Assembly: GCA_973895155.1 (NCBI GenBank)
Contig: OZ316893.1
Location: forward strand, 3,888,490-3,952,489
Length of the DNA stretch: 64,000 nucleotides
From: Marsupella aquatica
Lineage: Eukaryota > Plantae > Marchantiophyta
Direction: 5' to 3'
Every line of letters starts with the position of its first letter. Position 1 is the first letter of the stretch. The notes beneath the pieces were generated by a model. It saw only the letters and a list, made by a program, of their open reading frames with translations, did no database searches and was not told the DNA's origin. The position numbers and the translations under genes are program-made. Positions 24,500-36,887 of this stretch are shown piece by piece.

Positions 24500-24578
24500 T
24501 TGGGTTTATCATGGTAGGAAACTGATATTTGGGTTTATCATGGTAGGGAACTAATATTTGGGTTTATCATGGTAGGGG
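24500..24578. repeat. 3 x 29-bp tandem repeat
   Basis: gggtttatcatggtagg at 24502, 24531 and 24560. Confidence 0.9.
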
Positions 24579-25479
24579 ATGAGGTAGTACTATTATCATA
24601 TTTTACATTTTGATGTACCATTATTTTCACTAGCATAATTAACTCTTATAATACAAGGTTGCACCCATTTTCATCATGGTCGTCATTTAAAAATGCCGGC
24701 CGGTTTTGCGTGAGAAAAATCAAAACAGTATCAAATGGAAGGAACAGGAGGGTAAAAAATCACAGGAATGGGCATCCCGGACTGCATAGCATGGCGACCA
24801 CCCTGTGCTGCCCATGCCCTCCCTTGCCTCACAACTAGACCCTTTGGCCACCTCCTCTCGGCCGACTCCGCCTCCTCCCCTCCCCTTGGTGTTCCCTACC
24901 CTCTGTTGTTGAGCATAGACGACAATCGCAACGGCAAGCCCATGAACCATCAAACGCACAAGAGTCGACACAGAGAGGTATGTGGTTCACCTCCACATGA
25001 GGCTACGTCCACGGGAACACACAAGAGCTTTATTGCACTCTAGGCCGACCGGCCATACCAAGCATCCACATCGCAAGCTCTACCTATCTCTCAACTAGCT
25101 CCGTAACAATGAGCCTAAGTTCCCACTCTCCAAGCAAACACCGCTTGGTTATAGAGTGTGCACAGCATGACTAACCTAACCAATTAAGTCTGCGACTAAG
25201 GTTAGCCTTAACTATGGTATAGTCGTAACTCTAGACCTAAGAGTAAATCCTAACAATCTTCCCGTTGACTCTGGTCTAGGGGAGGGCAAAGACTTCTACC
25301 AATATGATTGCTCAGCGGAAAGTTCTGGAAAGAAAAACCAAACCGGTTTTTCTCTCTTTATACGAGAGTAGACCAGAACTAAGCCGTAGCCTATACAAGG
25401 AATGAGCAAGTCAGAGCATATCTCAGTATCTACACAAATGTTAAGTATCCCTACTTGTGAGGCAATTGCAAAACCTACA

Positions 25480-28400
25480 ACGTATCACGGTGTCTAGAAA
25501 AACTCTCCAAATGAATCACTTTGGTAAAAGTGTCAACCGGGTTGAGTTTACCGTCAATCTTGACTAGCTCAAACATATTATCAGACACGGCTTGCCTGAG
25601 TGATAAAATGGTACCTGACGTCGATGTGCTTCACTCTGCTGTCCATCACCTGGTTCACAGCAAGGTGGAGCGCACTGTGACTATCACAATGGAGCTTCAC
25701 ATTCCCTTGTGGCAATCTCATCTCAATGATCAGTCTATCCAACCAAATTGCTTCCTTTGCTGCTTCCGCTGCTGCAACATACTCCGCTTCTGTAGTAGAC
25801 TGAGCAATACACTTTTGCAAAGTAGACCTCCAACTTAATATGCATCCACCTCCTAGTGTGAACACATAACCTGTTGTTGACCTCCTTTGATCCAGATCCT
25901 GTGCATAGTCAGCATGTACATAGCCCATCAATGATCTAGCATTATCAGCATGTGCATCAAACAATAGACCATGATCCATGGTACCCTTCAAATACCAAAT
26001 AATTCGCTTCACTGCTTCCCAGTGTACCTTCCCTGGATTCGACATGTACCTACTCACCTTGCCCATAACCATGGCAAGATCAGGTCTAGTGCAAGTCATC
26101 AAGTACATGAGACTCCCCACTGCCTTGTCATACGGAACCTTTGACATCAACCCCTTCTCTGTGTCATCCGTAGGACAGAAAGCTGATGACAACTTGAAGT
26201 GTGGAGCCAACGGGGTACTTACTGGCTTGCTATCCCCCATGTTGAACCTTGCAATTACCTAAGTCCTTGCATAACTGCTCTACGTCAACCATAGCTTGCC
26301 AGCCTCCAAGTCCCTAGTGATCTCCATACCCAAAATCCTCTTAGCTGGTCCTAAGTCCTTCATCTTAAACTCTACACTTAGCAGTGCCTTGAGCTTAACA
26401 ATCTCAGACCTATCCTTGGCCGCAATAAGCATGTCATCCACATAAAGTACTAAAACAATGAACCCAAAGATAGCATTCTTCACCGGTTTAAGATACACAC
26501 AAGGGTCAAACACACTCCTGTGAAAACCTTGTGCATGAATCCAATCATCAAACCGTTTATTCCACTATTTGTAATCCACACCTTTTTCCTGTGTGAATCC
26601 CTTGGCTACCAACCTAGCCTTGTAGACCTTCGATCCACCTCCTGTGGACTGATCCTTCAGCTTGTATATCCACTTGCTGTCCACCACTTGCTGTCCCTCA
26701 GGCAGCTTGACAAGCTCCCAAGTTTTGTTGTCCTTCAGTGACTACATCTCCGTTTGCATTGCTGTAGTCCACTCCTGCTTCTCCTTTGAAGCACTTGGTT
26801 CATGAAATGAAGAAGGTTCCTCTTCTTCCAAAATCAATGCATCACCCTCATCGTTAGTAACAAAATCCTCCTCTTGCAACTGAGATGAGTCAACCCACTG
26901 TCCATACCTTGGTGGAGCGCGTATAGTGCGACCAGCTATTCTTCTAGCCAATGACTCTAGTTGATCTACATGTGCTAGTACAATTTGAAGCTCACTAGCA
27001 TCCACTTGCTGCTCACCAGCATCATCAAACTCCTCTGGTTCCTCTAGTTTCTCTGGCAAAGGAACCAACTCCATAATTGGAGCAACCCCTTCTCTTCGGT
27101 CATGCATCTCATGACTAATCTCCCCCTCAACGAGATCTAGGATAGGAAATTTTCCTTTGTCAGTACGGGAGACCTGAGTATTCTCCCCCTTCTTCAATAA
27201 TCTGGATTCATTGAAGGAAACATCCCTACTGACAACAAGCTTACAGGCAATAGGATCCCATAGCCTATAGGCTTTCACACCACTCTGGTACCCAAGAAAA
27301 ACACATTTCTTGGAGGTAGGATCCAACTTGGTCCTATTCTACTTTGGTGTGAGAGCATATGCATCACTTCCAACAACTACCAAGCCATGATAGTCAGCTT
27401 GCCGCTTATAGCGCATCTCAAACAACGTTTTGAAATTGATAGCACTAGAAGGAGAAAGATTTACCAAATAAGTTGCGGTATTGACAGCTTCTGCCCAAAA
27501 TTCATGTGGTAAACCTGATTGGCTCAACATACTCCGTGACCGCTCCAATAGTGTTTGATTGAGCCTCTCAACGACACCATTCTGTTGCGGAGTATAAACT
27601 ATGGTGAGATGGCAAGTTATCCCCTGTTCGGAATAATACTCTTCAAATTCCACTGAAGTGTACTCCTCGCCGTTGTTTGACCTCAGACTCTCTTCACCCT
27701 TGTATCCAAACACTTGACTGTGTTGCCAGTCTGATTCTCCATCTGGGCCTTTCACTTCTTAAAAATGGACAAGACATCAGACTTATGCGTCATGAAATAA
27801 ATCCACACAAATCTTGAATAATCGTTAATAAATGATATATAGTACAACTTTCCAGAGTGTGAGGGAGTCGGGGATGGACCCCACACGTCACTATGTATGT
27901 ACTCAAGAACCGTCTTGGAACAATGAGTTCCAACACCGAAAGCACGACGATGCTACTTTCCAAGAATGCAATGCTCGTGACAGAACTCTAATTTATAAGA
28001 TTGCAAATAAAAAATGAGTCCATTCTTCCGTAAGATAGTCAAACCCTTCTCACTCATGTGGCGTAGCCGTGAATGTCATAGTTGAGTCATCTCCTCGTGA
28101 GACTTGGTTATATAATTGGCCTCTCCACATACAGTATAATTGCCCTACAACACATACAAATTTTTATGTCTGCTCCCCTTCAAAATCACTGTTTGTCTCG
28201 ACCTGACTTAAAGTTCACCATCAATAACGCTCCATTGATAACCATTTGAATCCAACACACTGAGTGAAATCAGATTCTTACGCATTCTAGGTACATACCT
28301 AACTCCGGACACTGTGCGCATAGCGCCATCAAACATTTAAATCTTCAAGGACCCAATACCCTCAATTTAACAGAAGTTCGATCATTTCCCATCATAACTG

Positions 28401-28527
28401 AACTGTTTGAAATAGAGTAAGAACTGAAAAACTCACAAATGTAACAAATGTGAAAAGAGCAAGCACAATCAAGAATCCACACATCATCTGCTCTCCTAGA
28501 TGACGTGCACAGGGCATACCCCTGGCT
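25480..28527 (-). pseudogene. pol: Copia pol (protease, integrase, RT, RNase H) with stops, frameshifts and an internal RT deletion
   Basis: Motifs WILDCACSFH, YTPQQNGVVERLN, FWAEAVNTA, LYVDDMLIA, HWEAVKRI, RRSTTGYVF, STTEAEY and KHIDVRYHF. The RT jumps from GVDYK directly to WNKRFD. Confidence 0.9.
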
Positions 28528-29385
28528 TCATAATACATATTCATCATTGAGTAAATCAGCATCTCCATCAACCCTAGCCATATTTGCCGATGAAGATTCA
28601 GCTACCTTTCCCTTACAGTCTCGCTTGAAGTGTCCAACCTGGTTGCACTTCCAACATGTCACTTGCCTCCTCTGAGGGGATTTTTCCCTGGACTTAGATC
28701 TGGATTTAGATCTAAACTGGGTTCTATGGTCCCCAGTTGGTTGCTGCATACTCCTCCCACGGTTAACATTGAGGGTAGCACCAGAGGATGAAGGATATGA
28801 TGTGATGTGCATCTTCTGTTGAAGATCATCACTAAGCAAAGAACTTACCACGTCATTGTATGAAATGGTATCCCTATCACGATGCAACAACACCCGTGAT
28901 AGGGACTGGTAAGATGGAGGCAATGAACTGAGAAGTTGCAGAGCCTTCGTCTCATAAGTCAAAGTCTCCCCAAGGTTTTCCAAGTCAACGACCGTGTCGT
29001 TGAAAGCATCCACATGGTCCTGCAACTTCGTACCGGATTCCTTCATCCTGAAACTCATCAGTTTGTAGGAAGTATAGAGTCGATTCGACAATTCCTTGCA
29101 GTGATACTTGCTCTGCAATTCTGCAAGCAAGGACATGCAGTCCTTATGTGCACCCAACTGCTTGATAATGGGAGGCATGAGATAGAGTATAACACACCAC
29201 ACTCCCTGCTCCTGCGTGCGGTCCCATTGTTTCTCATCAACATCGTCTTCACGAGGGCTCAGCAGTTGGCCCATCCCTGAAGCATAGAGCACTCCCTTCA
29301 CCTGCTTCTCCCAGAGCAAGTAGTCAGAGCACCCATCATACTTTTTCACTTCATACTTGGGTCCCCCAAGCTTGAACCTCCCCAT
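28528..29385 (-). CDS. gag: Copia Gag (UBN2-type) with RS-rich linker and CCHC zinc knuckle
   Basis: KYEVKKYDG..., LLSSLPPSY, RSKSRSKSR, CWKCNQVGHFKRDC. Confidence 0.85.
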   Translation of the reverse strand: MGRFKLGGPKYEVKKYDGCSDYLLWEKQVKGVLYASGMGQLLSPREDDVDEKQWDRTQEQGVWCVILYLMPPIIKQLGAHKDCMSLLAELQSKYHCKELSNRLYTSYKLMSFRMKESGTKLQDHVDAFNDTVVDLENLGETLTYETKALQLLSSLPPSYQSLSRVLLHRDRDTISYNDVVSSLLSDDLQQKMHITSYPSSSGATLNVNRGRSMQQPTGDHRTQFRSKSRSKSREKSPQRRQVTCWKCNQVGHFKRDCKGKVAESSSANMARVDGDADLLNDEYVL

Positions 29386-30493
29386 CTTGTTCTTTAGGAG
29401 TTAGCAAAAAGGGATGGACCCCGAGCTCTTGAGTTAGCAAAAAGGGATGGACCCCGAGCCCTTGAGGAGGAGCTGGGAGAGGTAATTGGTGTTGAATTGG
29501 CCCTATATAGGTTCAAATTGTTTTTGGTTGTGGTCAATATTAGAGAGCTTTCAAGGAACTATGTTTTCAAATGCAATTTAACCCTACTTATGTATTGTGT
29601 AGGATGAGGATAGGGTCTGATGAGGGAGAGGAGGGTGAGGGTGAGGAGGAGGGTGATGGTGAAGAAGGAGAGGATGGCGAGGGAGAGGAGGGAGATGATT
29701 CTGAGGCGTCTGTGCCCTTAGAGGGTGCGGCAGAGCGATCGGGGAGGGTGCCCCGAGTTACCCCTACCCCTGTAGTCCCTCATGTTGCCCCCTCGGGGGT
29801 TTCACTTCCACAAAAATGGCATATCACGTGCAACGAAGGATAGGGTCATTTTATTGGTTCTAAGGGAAGACTTAAGAATTTTTGTAGAAGAACAATAGGG
29901 TCTTTTAAATTCAATTTTGAGACTTATAAGAACATTAGGGTCTTTTAATCCAATTTTTAGAATATTCCAAGAATATTCCAACTTTATAGGGGTTAAAAAA
30001 TTAAATTTTTTTCTTACATTTTAGGGTGTCCAATGCCTAAAAACGTCGCAGGCGATGGGGAGGTCCCCATATAGTGAGACCCCTGAGGTTGCCCCCACAT
30101 CAGCACAGAGGGGTAGCTCACATGGTGTTCATGGTGTGGCCTCCCATCAGTCGGGAGTGTCACGGAGTGCGAGGCCCGGCCCCTCAGGGGGTAGTAGAGG
30201 TGGCGCGGGACCAGGCCATCGCTTTGGAGTACTATCCGGTACACCTGACTCTTCTTGACAAGTGGGTCGTGACACGGAGGATGGTGGCTCTAGGGGGCGA
30301 GCGCCATCACGTGAGTCTGGTGGGAGTACCGCACGGCATGGGCCACAGACAGCATCTGCAGGGGATGCATCCCATCACTCTCACAGGTCTACCGGAGGGG
30401 GAGATGGCTCCTTCCACTCTGCCGTGTCAGGGGGTTTAGAGGCATCTGTTGCACCTCAGCATCCTAGCGGTGCATCTAGTGGGTCAGGGTCCC

Positions 30494-30816
30494 TGTAGAG
30501 GTTAATTCAGTCTTGGGTTGAACTATGGTTAGTATGTTAACTAGGGTTAGAGTAAACCCTAGTTGAAGAGTTGGTCCTTATCTCTTCAACTTCTATGTGG
30601 TGTGAGAACACACAAGAGAGTTCTCAAGAGAAAACACAGTGATATAGCAAGAGATGAGAGCTTGAAGAGATGAGAGCTATGGTGATGCTTGAGTAGACAC
30701 ATAACCGTTAATAAAGCTTGGTCTTCCCGTGGACGTAGCCAACCTTGAGGCGAACCACGTAACTATTGAGCACGTGTATGTTTGGAGTGTTTTTCCTGAT
30801 CTAATTTCTCCCCACA
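30494..30816 (+). repeat. 5' LTR of the Copia element
   Basis: TGTAGAGG...CCCACA, followed by the PBS. Confidence 0.95.
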
Positions 30817-31673
30817 ATTGGTATCAGAGCTCAGGTTTTTTTCAGTCGATTAGGAACTCCATAGAACTTGCTTCAAGCAAAGCGAATAGCGGATGATTTC
30901 CTCTTCGAAGCGGAGCTATTGAAACAAGATCGGACTCAATCTTCTCACAAGTGTGGAGCACACAACCAGGGGCTCATTTCAGTGAAGCAATGAAGGCCTA
31001 AGGTCAGAAACAGAAACAATTTCTAGTTTTTGAATCTGAAATCAGAATTGGATTTCGTCAAAAACTGAGACGGGAATTTGAGTGAATCCGCTGAGGGGTA
31101 CTTTCTGCTGCGAGTAGTCGCGACTTCCGTGGACGCGCGAGGAGGTTGAAAACTTTGAGGAGGCCTTTTAGGGCTCGACAGGGCTCGGGCAGGGGGAAGT
31201 GCCCCCTGTGAAGTCCCCCACAGGGGCTGTACAAGGGCGGACGGAATTTCCCGAAAAGATTCTTTTCTAGAGGCTTAAATTTTTACTGAAGGTCAAAGAT
31301 TCTGAGCGGCAAATAAAATCGGATCAACTTCAACTTTTGGAGAGGCGTACTTGGGGAAGCTAGGCAAGTATTGGTGCGTTCAATTCTGAAAAAGTACACT
31401 AGTGGAATCTTTGGCATAAGAGATTCCCTCGAGGGGTAATTATTTCATCTTTTACCCCCCTCCGGTCGGAGTAAAAATTCTCGGCACTCGAGAGTCCATT
31501 TGACAAACCGTTTTCAGAATTCAGAGCGTTACCTTGTGGGCTACACATAGGAGTGATCAGTTTCAAAATTCACCAACTTTCATTTTTGGCCTTATTTTCA
31601 CACCCCACATCTGAGCATTCGACGTTTATTTCTTGTAAGAAGATGACTCCACACTACATTTGGCATTCCAGCG

Positions 31674-32552
31674 ATGGCGACTACTAGGATTGGAGGTCAA
31701 AGGTTTGAGGTGGAAAAATTTGATGGTCGGATGGACTATACAATGTGGGAACGTAACGTGAGGGATGCACTTAGGGCGATGGGCCTAGGCAAGGTACTAA
31801 GATCTCAACCCAAGGAGATGGAAGATGATGATTGGCATGATCTCCAGGATCAAGCGGTAAGTATTGTTGGCATGTACCTGAAAAACAATGTGAAGAAGCA
31901 GTTCAAGGAAAAAGCAACACAAACGGTGACGGACTTGTTTCAAGCATTGCGCAACAAGTACTACAAGAAGGAGATGTCAAACCGAATGTATGCAAGCCTG
32001 AAGCTCATGCAATTCAAAATGGCTGATGGAGTCAAGATTCAAGATCATATCGATCAGTTCAATGATCTTGTGGTTGACCTAGAGAATTTGGGGGAGCATT
32101 TGAGCGAAGAAAAGAAAGCCTTACAACTCTTGAGCTCACTACCACCTTCATACCAATCTTTGTCTCGAGTTCTTCTATTTCGTGATAAGACAACTATATC
32201 CTACAATGATGTGGTGAGTGCCCTGTTGACCGATGACATGCAGTCTAAGCTGGTTTCTTCAACTCATCCTACCTCAACCTCATCATCAACAGCAGTGTTG
32301 GTAGAAAGAGGTAAATCAAGGGAGCCATCTCATGAAAACAAAAGGTTTAACCCACTTCCCATGGAGCGAGGAAGGTTCCACGACCGATCTTTTGGTAGGA
32401 GGAGGTTTAGATCCAGATCTAGATCTCGATCCAAATCCCCATCCAAGTCTACTCGTGAGATAAAGTGTTGGAAGTGTGACAAAGTGGGCCACATGAAGAA
32501 GGATTGTCGCGTCAAAGATACATTCAAGGAAGTTGCCGGTTCTTCAGCCTAA
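31674..32552 (+). CDS. gag: Copia Gag with RS-rich linker and CCHC zinc knuckle
   Basis: RFEVEKFDG, LLSSLPPSY, RSRSRSRSKS, CWKCDKVGHMKKDC. Confidence 0.9.
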   Translation: MATTRIGGQRFEVEKFDGRMDYTMWERNVRDALRAMGLGKVLRSQPKEMEDDDWHDLQDQAVSIVGMYLKNNVKKQFKEKATQTVTDLFQALRNKYYKKEMSNRMYASLKLMQFKMADGVKIQDHIDQFNDLVVDLENLGEHLSEEKKALQLLSSLPPSYQSLSRVLLFRDKTTISYNDVVSALLTDDMQSKLVSSTHPTSTSSSTAVLVERGKSREPSHENKRFNPLPMERGRFHDRSFGRRRFRSRSRSRSKSPSKSTREIKCWKCDKVGHMKKDCRVKDTFKEVAGSSA

Positions 32553-34482
32553 GTAGTTGTTCGAGAAGAGGATAGTGAAGGATTTGCATTGTGTACCACT
32601 TCCCAAGTTGAGGATTGTCAATGGATCTTGGATTCCGCTTGCTCGTATCACATGTGCTATATGCGTAAACTTTTCTCATCCTACACTCCTATCAACGGAT
32701 CTATTTTGATGGGAAATAATCATTCTTGCAAAGTTTTAGGGATTGGATCCGTAAAGATTCAACTACCCGGTGGCACGTACTATACTCTATCAAATGTCAG
32801 ACACATTCCAGAAATGTGTAAGAATTTGATTTCTCTTGGCTACTTGGATGCGAAGGGTTATCAATGGAGTGCAACTGATGGGGTGTTAACAGTCACACAT
32901 GGATCAACGGAAGTTCTTATTGGCAAGAGGAAAAGAAACATCTATGTCTTGGAAGGCACCACACTTCTTGCCGAAGTCAATTTGATCACATCTCAGGAGG
33001 AGAAAATCAATTTATGGCATGCTCGGCTTGGTCACATGAGTGGAAAAAGTTTGGATATCCTACACAAGCGACATCTCCTACCAGGATTGCAAGCATGCAA
33101 GTTGAGTTTTTGTGATCATTGCATTATCGGCAAGAAAACAAGAACTCCATTTCCGACTGCCATTCATCATTCTAAAGTTGTACTTGAGTATATTCATTCC
33201 GATGTGTGGGGTCCTGCTCCGGTTTCCTCACACTCAGGCAAACAATACTATGTATCGTTTATCGATGATTACTCAAGGTTTGTTTGGATTTATTTCATTG
33301 CCCATAAGTTTGAAGTGCTTTCCATCTTCAAACAATGGGTAGCTCAAGTTGAGACACAGACTGCAAAGAATGTGAGATATCTATGATCAGATAATGGTGG
33401 TGAATACACCTCTGGCGAGTTCAACACGTATTGTGCAAATAAGGGAATTACTCACCATCTCACAACTGTGTACACTCCTGAGCAAAATGGTGTTGCTGAG
33501 CGACTCAACCGCACATTGTTAGAGCGAGCAAGGAGCATGTTGAGCCACTCTAAATTGCCACAAATCTTTTGGGCGGAAGCTGTCAACATAGCTGCTTATC
33601 TCGTAAATCTCTCTCCTAGTCGGGCAATTACTTACAAAACCCCCTTTGAGCTATGGCACAATCGACCTGCTGATTATTCAAAGCTTACGGTTTTTGGCTG
33701 TGAAGCATATGCACATGTTCCTAGCAACAATAGGACTAAGCTAGATCCTAGAGCCCAGAAATGCATTTTTCTTGGTTATCAGCGTGAAGTTAAAGGTTAT
33801 CGGTTGTGGGATCCAGTTGATTGCAAGTTACTTGTTAGTCGGAATGTATCCTTTAATGAAGAAAAATCATTGAAGGAGGGGGAGATAGATCAATCCCTAC
33901 TACTAACAAAGAGCAATCTCCTCCTCTAGAGGATATAAGGGGAAAGGATGTGTCAGATAACGAATATGTTGACACCACTGTAAGGCAAAGCACATTACAA
34001 TCAGATCAGCCAGAGTCTTCAGTGCGAAGAGGAACTCAAAAATGTCAAGCCCGGGAAAGGTATGGAACTTGGCTTCCTTCTGATCAAGTGGATTTGGATG
34101 AAGAATCTATTGATGCATTGGTGACAGAAGATGAAGATCCATCCTCATTTCGAGAGGTCCTAGCTTCTATGGAGAAGAAACAGTGGCAGACGGCGATGCG
34201 CATGGAAATGAAATCACTTCATGATAACAAGACATGAGAACTCACAAGTCTACCTAGTGACAAGTAGGCTGTTGACAGCAAGTGGGTGTATAGGAAGAAA
34301 GATGGACCCACGGAGGATGCTGAGAAGATATTTAAGGCTCGGTTGGTAGCCAAGGGTTTTACTCAACAAAAAGGTATAGACTACAATAAGGTTTTTTCAC
34401 CCGTAGCAAAGTATTCAACAATACGTTTGCTATGTGCTCTTGTAGTTTTATTTGATTTGGTTTTAGATCAAATGGATGTTGT

Positions 34483-36887
34483 TGTCACGCGATTGACATG
34501 GGTCTTAACACCAAAGACGTCACTATGGGTGCCAAAACCATCTCCTTGTACCTGAGGATCACGAAGGGATGTTGTGAAGGCCGGTAAACACCAATTTATG
34601 CCCTTAACACCAGACTATCATAACAAGACTCCGTCACACATCACCCAAGCTCAATCCTAAGAACCAAGGTTTGGAATCAGATCCGCGCTCATGATAGTTC
34701 TGGTGAGAAGGAGTCTTCATATCGGGCCCGTACACACAGGGCCTAGCGCTATGGTGCGCATAGGTCTATACGTATGCTTACTGTCATAGGTATGTTTCTA
34801 TTCCGCCGCCGGAATGTACCCATAAACCAGTGACTCTTGACTGATTCCCGGCTTAGGGACTTCTAAGCCATTGCCCCACCACTCTGCCATTCCACTCTCA
34901 GCAATCAGAGCTATGACAGTCCTCACCCAGCCCGCTTCAATGCACCCTGTACACCTCTCAGTGGCGCTGCTAGTCCCATCATACACTTAGATTGCCTCAC
35001 ACACACACACACCCATGAGAGAAATGAGGCCTGAGAGGGAAACTCAATTAGATTCAACGATGTGCACAATAGTTCACTAAGAACACTTGATCCGAACAAT
35101 AGGCCCGAAGGCTGTCTACTCCAGATTGCAGCGTGCTTGCCCCGCAAGCCCCATGCTTGCCATGCAAGCTCAATCCTGAACCTGAGCCCGGCTCACTCCA
35201 GATTGCGACGGCATATTGGACTCAAACCAATCCCGTACTTGCCTTGCAAACTCAATCCTGAACTCAACCTCCTTCACTGCACTTCATTCTTGGGGGCACA
35301 TACAGATCTCACACCTCCAATTCAGAACGTCAAGTTACGCATACATAGTTGACTCGACTTCAAAGCTGGTACCAGGCCTAACGGCGATCTACCCCAGACT
35401 GCAATGAGGCCCGGCCTCACGCTTGCCCTGCAAGCTCCGCTCTGGCCATAGATCCCTTAGTGCTCTCCACCAGACAAAGGCCGGGACTCCCCATGGATCA
35501 CGTAGCCTTGCTAGACTGAACTGTAAATGCTCCTCCTGCTGCCCCTCAATCAGTGTCTCAGCCTCCCTAATGTGCTCACCACAAATCAAATTGACATCCT
35601 CCCCACAGTTTACAATCACCAATACATCACCTATCACCAAGGCTTTGTATCGGGGGAAAAGAACCCAGTTGTGCTGCCCACTAGAAAGAGCCACAATCCA
35701 GCTCGCAAACCTAGCAACCCGTTGCTGTGAAGCTCGGCTGATTACTCCCTGAGTAATAGCACAACCAAGCTCTCCCCAACACGCAGCGTCCAGGTCCAGC
35801 CTTGCTTGCACAGAGCTCCTCCCTGCTGCTCAGTCTAAGTGAGATCACACAACTGAAGTCCCCCCCCCCTGGCTCTACCGGAGGGATGCTCTATATACTC
35901 TCATACTGAGCCCAAATGGCTGGGTACTACGCTGCTGGAGCCCCATCCCAGCCCTAACAGAGCCGCCACTATCTCTAACTACTGAACCCTAACTCGCAGC
36001 TTTATTTCTATCTCGAATTGGCTATGTACTTCGGATTTGGCCCTCCTCCATGGTTTTCGCGAGCTTACGCCTCCTCTCCCAATTTCTGTATTCAACCATT
36101 TGCTGTGTGGATAGCAACGTTGGAAGCGGCTTGAGCTCCTCTTTCCAACGAGGTCAATTATAGCCGATTTGGTCAAATACACAGAGAGTTATGCCCCCGC
36201 AACCGAGAGGGGGTACTCACTGCTGCGCTAACCCGAGTTACATAGCTAACCCGAGTTCGGCTAACCTAGCTATCCTATCTAACCCGAGTAGAGCTAACCC
36301 ATGGTCTCGGGTTAGGCCGCTACTCGCTATCCGCTAACCTAGCCTAAGCTGAGCCCGAACCCGAGCTTACCTATGCTAACCTGAGCCCGAGTTTAGGCTA
36401 ACCCGAGTTCAATCTAATCCGAACCTAGGTTAAGCCTAAGCTGAAGCTGTGCTGACCTAAGCTAAGCTGAAGCCGTGCTTACCTGAGCTAAGCTGAAGCC
36501 GTGCTCAACTGAGCTAAGCCGTGGTCGAGCTTGGGTTAACCCGAAACTGAAGCCGAATCCGCTAATTCCGGCCATAAGTTAACCCGTCACACTAATCAGG
36601 CCGTATCTCTCTTAATACACCTCCGTTTCCCGAGTGTTTTATATCGATTTTACTCGCCTTGACCAGATCTTTCCAATGCTCTTTACAGATCCGGATTTGG
36701 TGACATATTGAAAGAGATATGGTCATCGACCACCCGCGACATAGTTTTTATTTCCCTACTCTTAACGCCATGATTGCCCTTATTCTTGCCATCTTGCTAA
36801 TTGTTATGTAATATCAATAGCTACTCCTTGCATACAGCAACCTACTTAATCAGATTACAAAATAAGGACCATGTCATTGGCGTCACA
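34483..36887 (-). mobile_element. 2405-bp solo LTR (probably Ty3/Gypsy) inserted in the Copia RT
   Basis: Termini TGTCACGC...GCGTCACA with a 5-bp TSD GTTGT at 34478-34482 and 36888-36892. Removing it restores QMDVVTAFLYG. No retroelement coding motifs inside. Orientation is inferred from a TATA-like TATATAG on the minus strand at ~35895. Confidence 0.85.
36225..36560. repeat. Internal sub-repeat array (CTAACCCGAG and GCTAAGCTGAAGCCGTG) of the solo LTR
   Basis: Many short imperfect repeats in both orientations. Confidence 0.7.

Larger units (their letters stand above)
24907..29460 (-). mobile_element. Ty1/Copia (Tnt1/Tork-like) retrotransposon, degenerate, 5'LTR missing
   Basis: The 3'LTR spans 25255-24907 (TGTTAGG...CTCAACA) and is preceded by the PPT-like AGTCAACGGGAAGAT. 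Domain order on the minus strand is gag-PR-INT-RT-RH. The upstream end stops at a 32-bp tandem duplication at ~29398-29465. Confidence 0.9.

Noticed and set aside
24500-24578. Repeat-spacer-like pattern resembling a CRISPR array
   Set aside because: The intervening 10-mers are near-identical, so it is a plain 29-bp tandem repeat. The context is eukaryotic and there are no cas genes.
36801-36887. N-terminal extension of the 438-aa RT/RNase H ORF
   Set aside because: It comes from the inserted solo LTR. The true Copia frame resumes at 36888.
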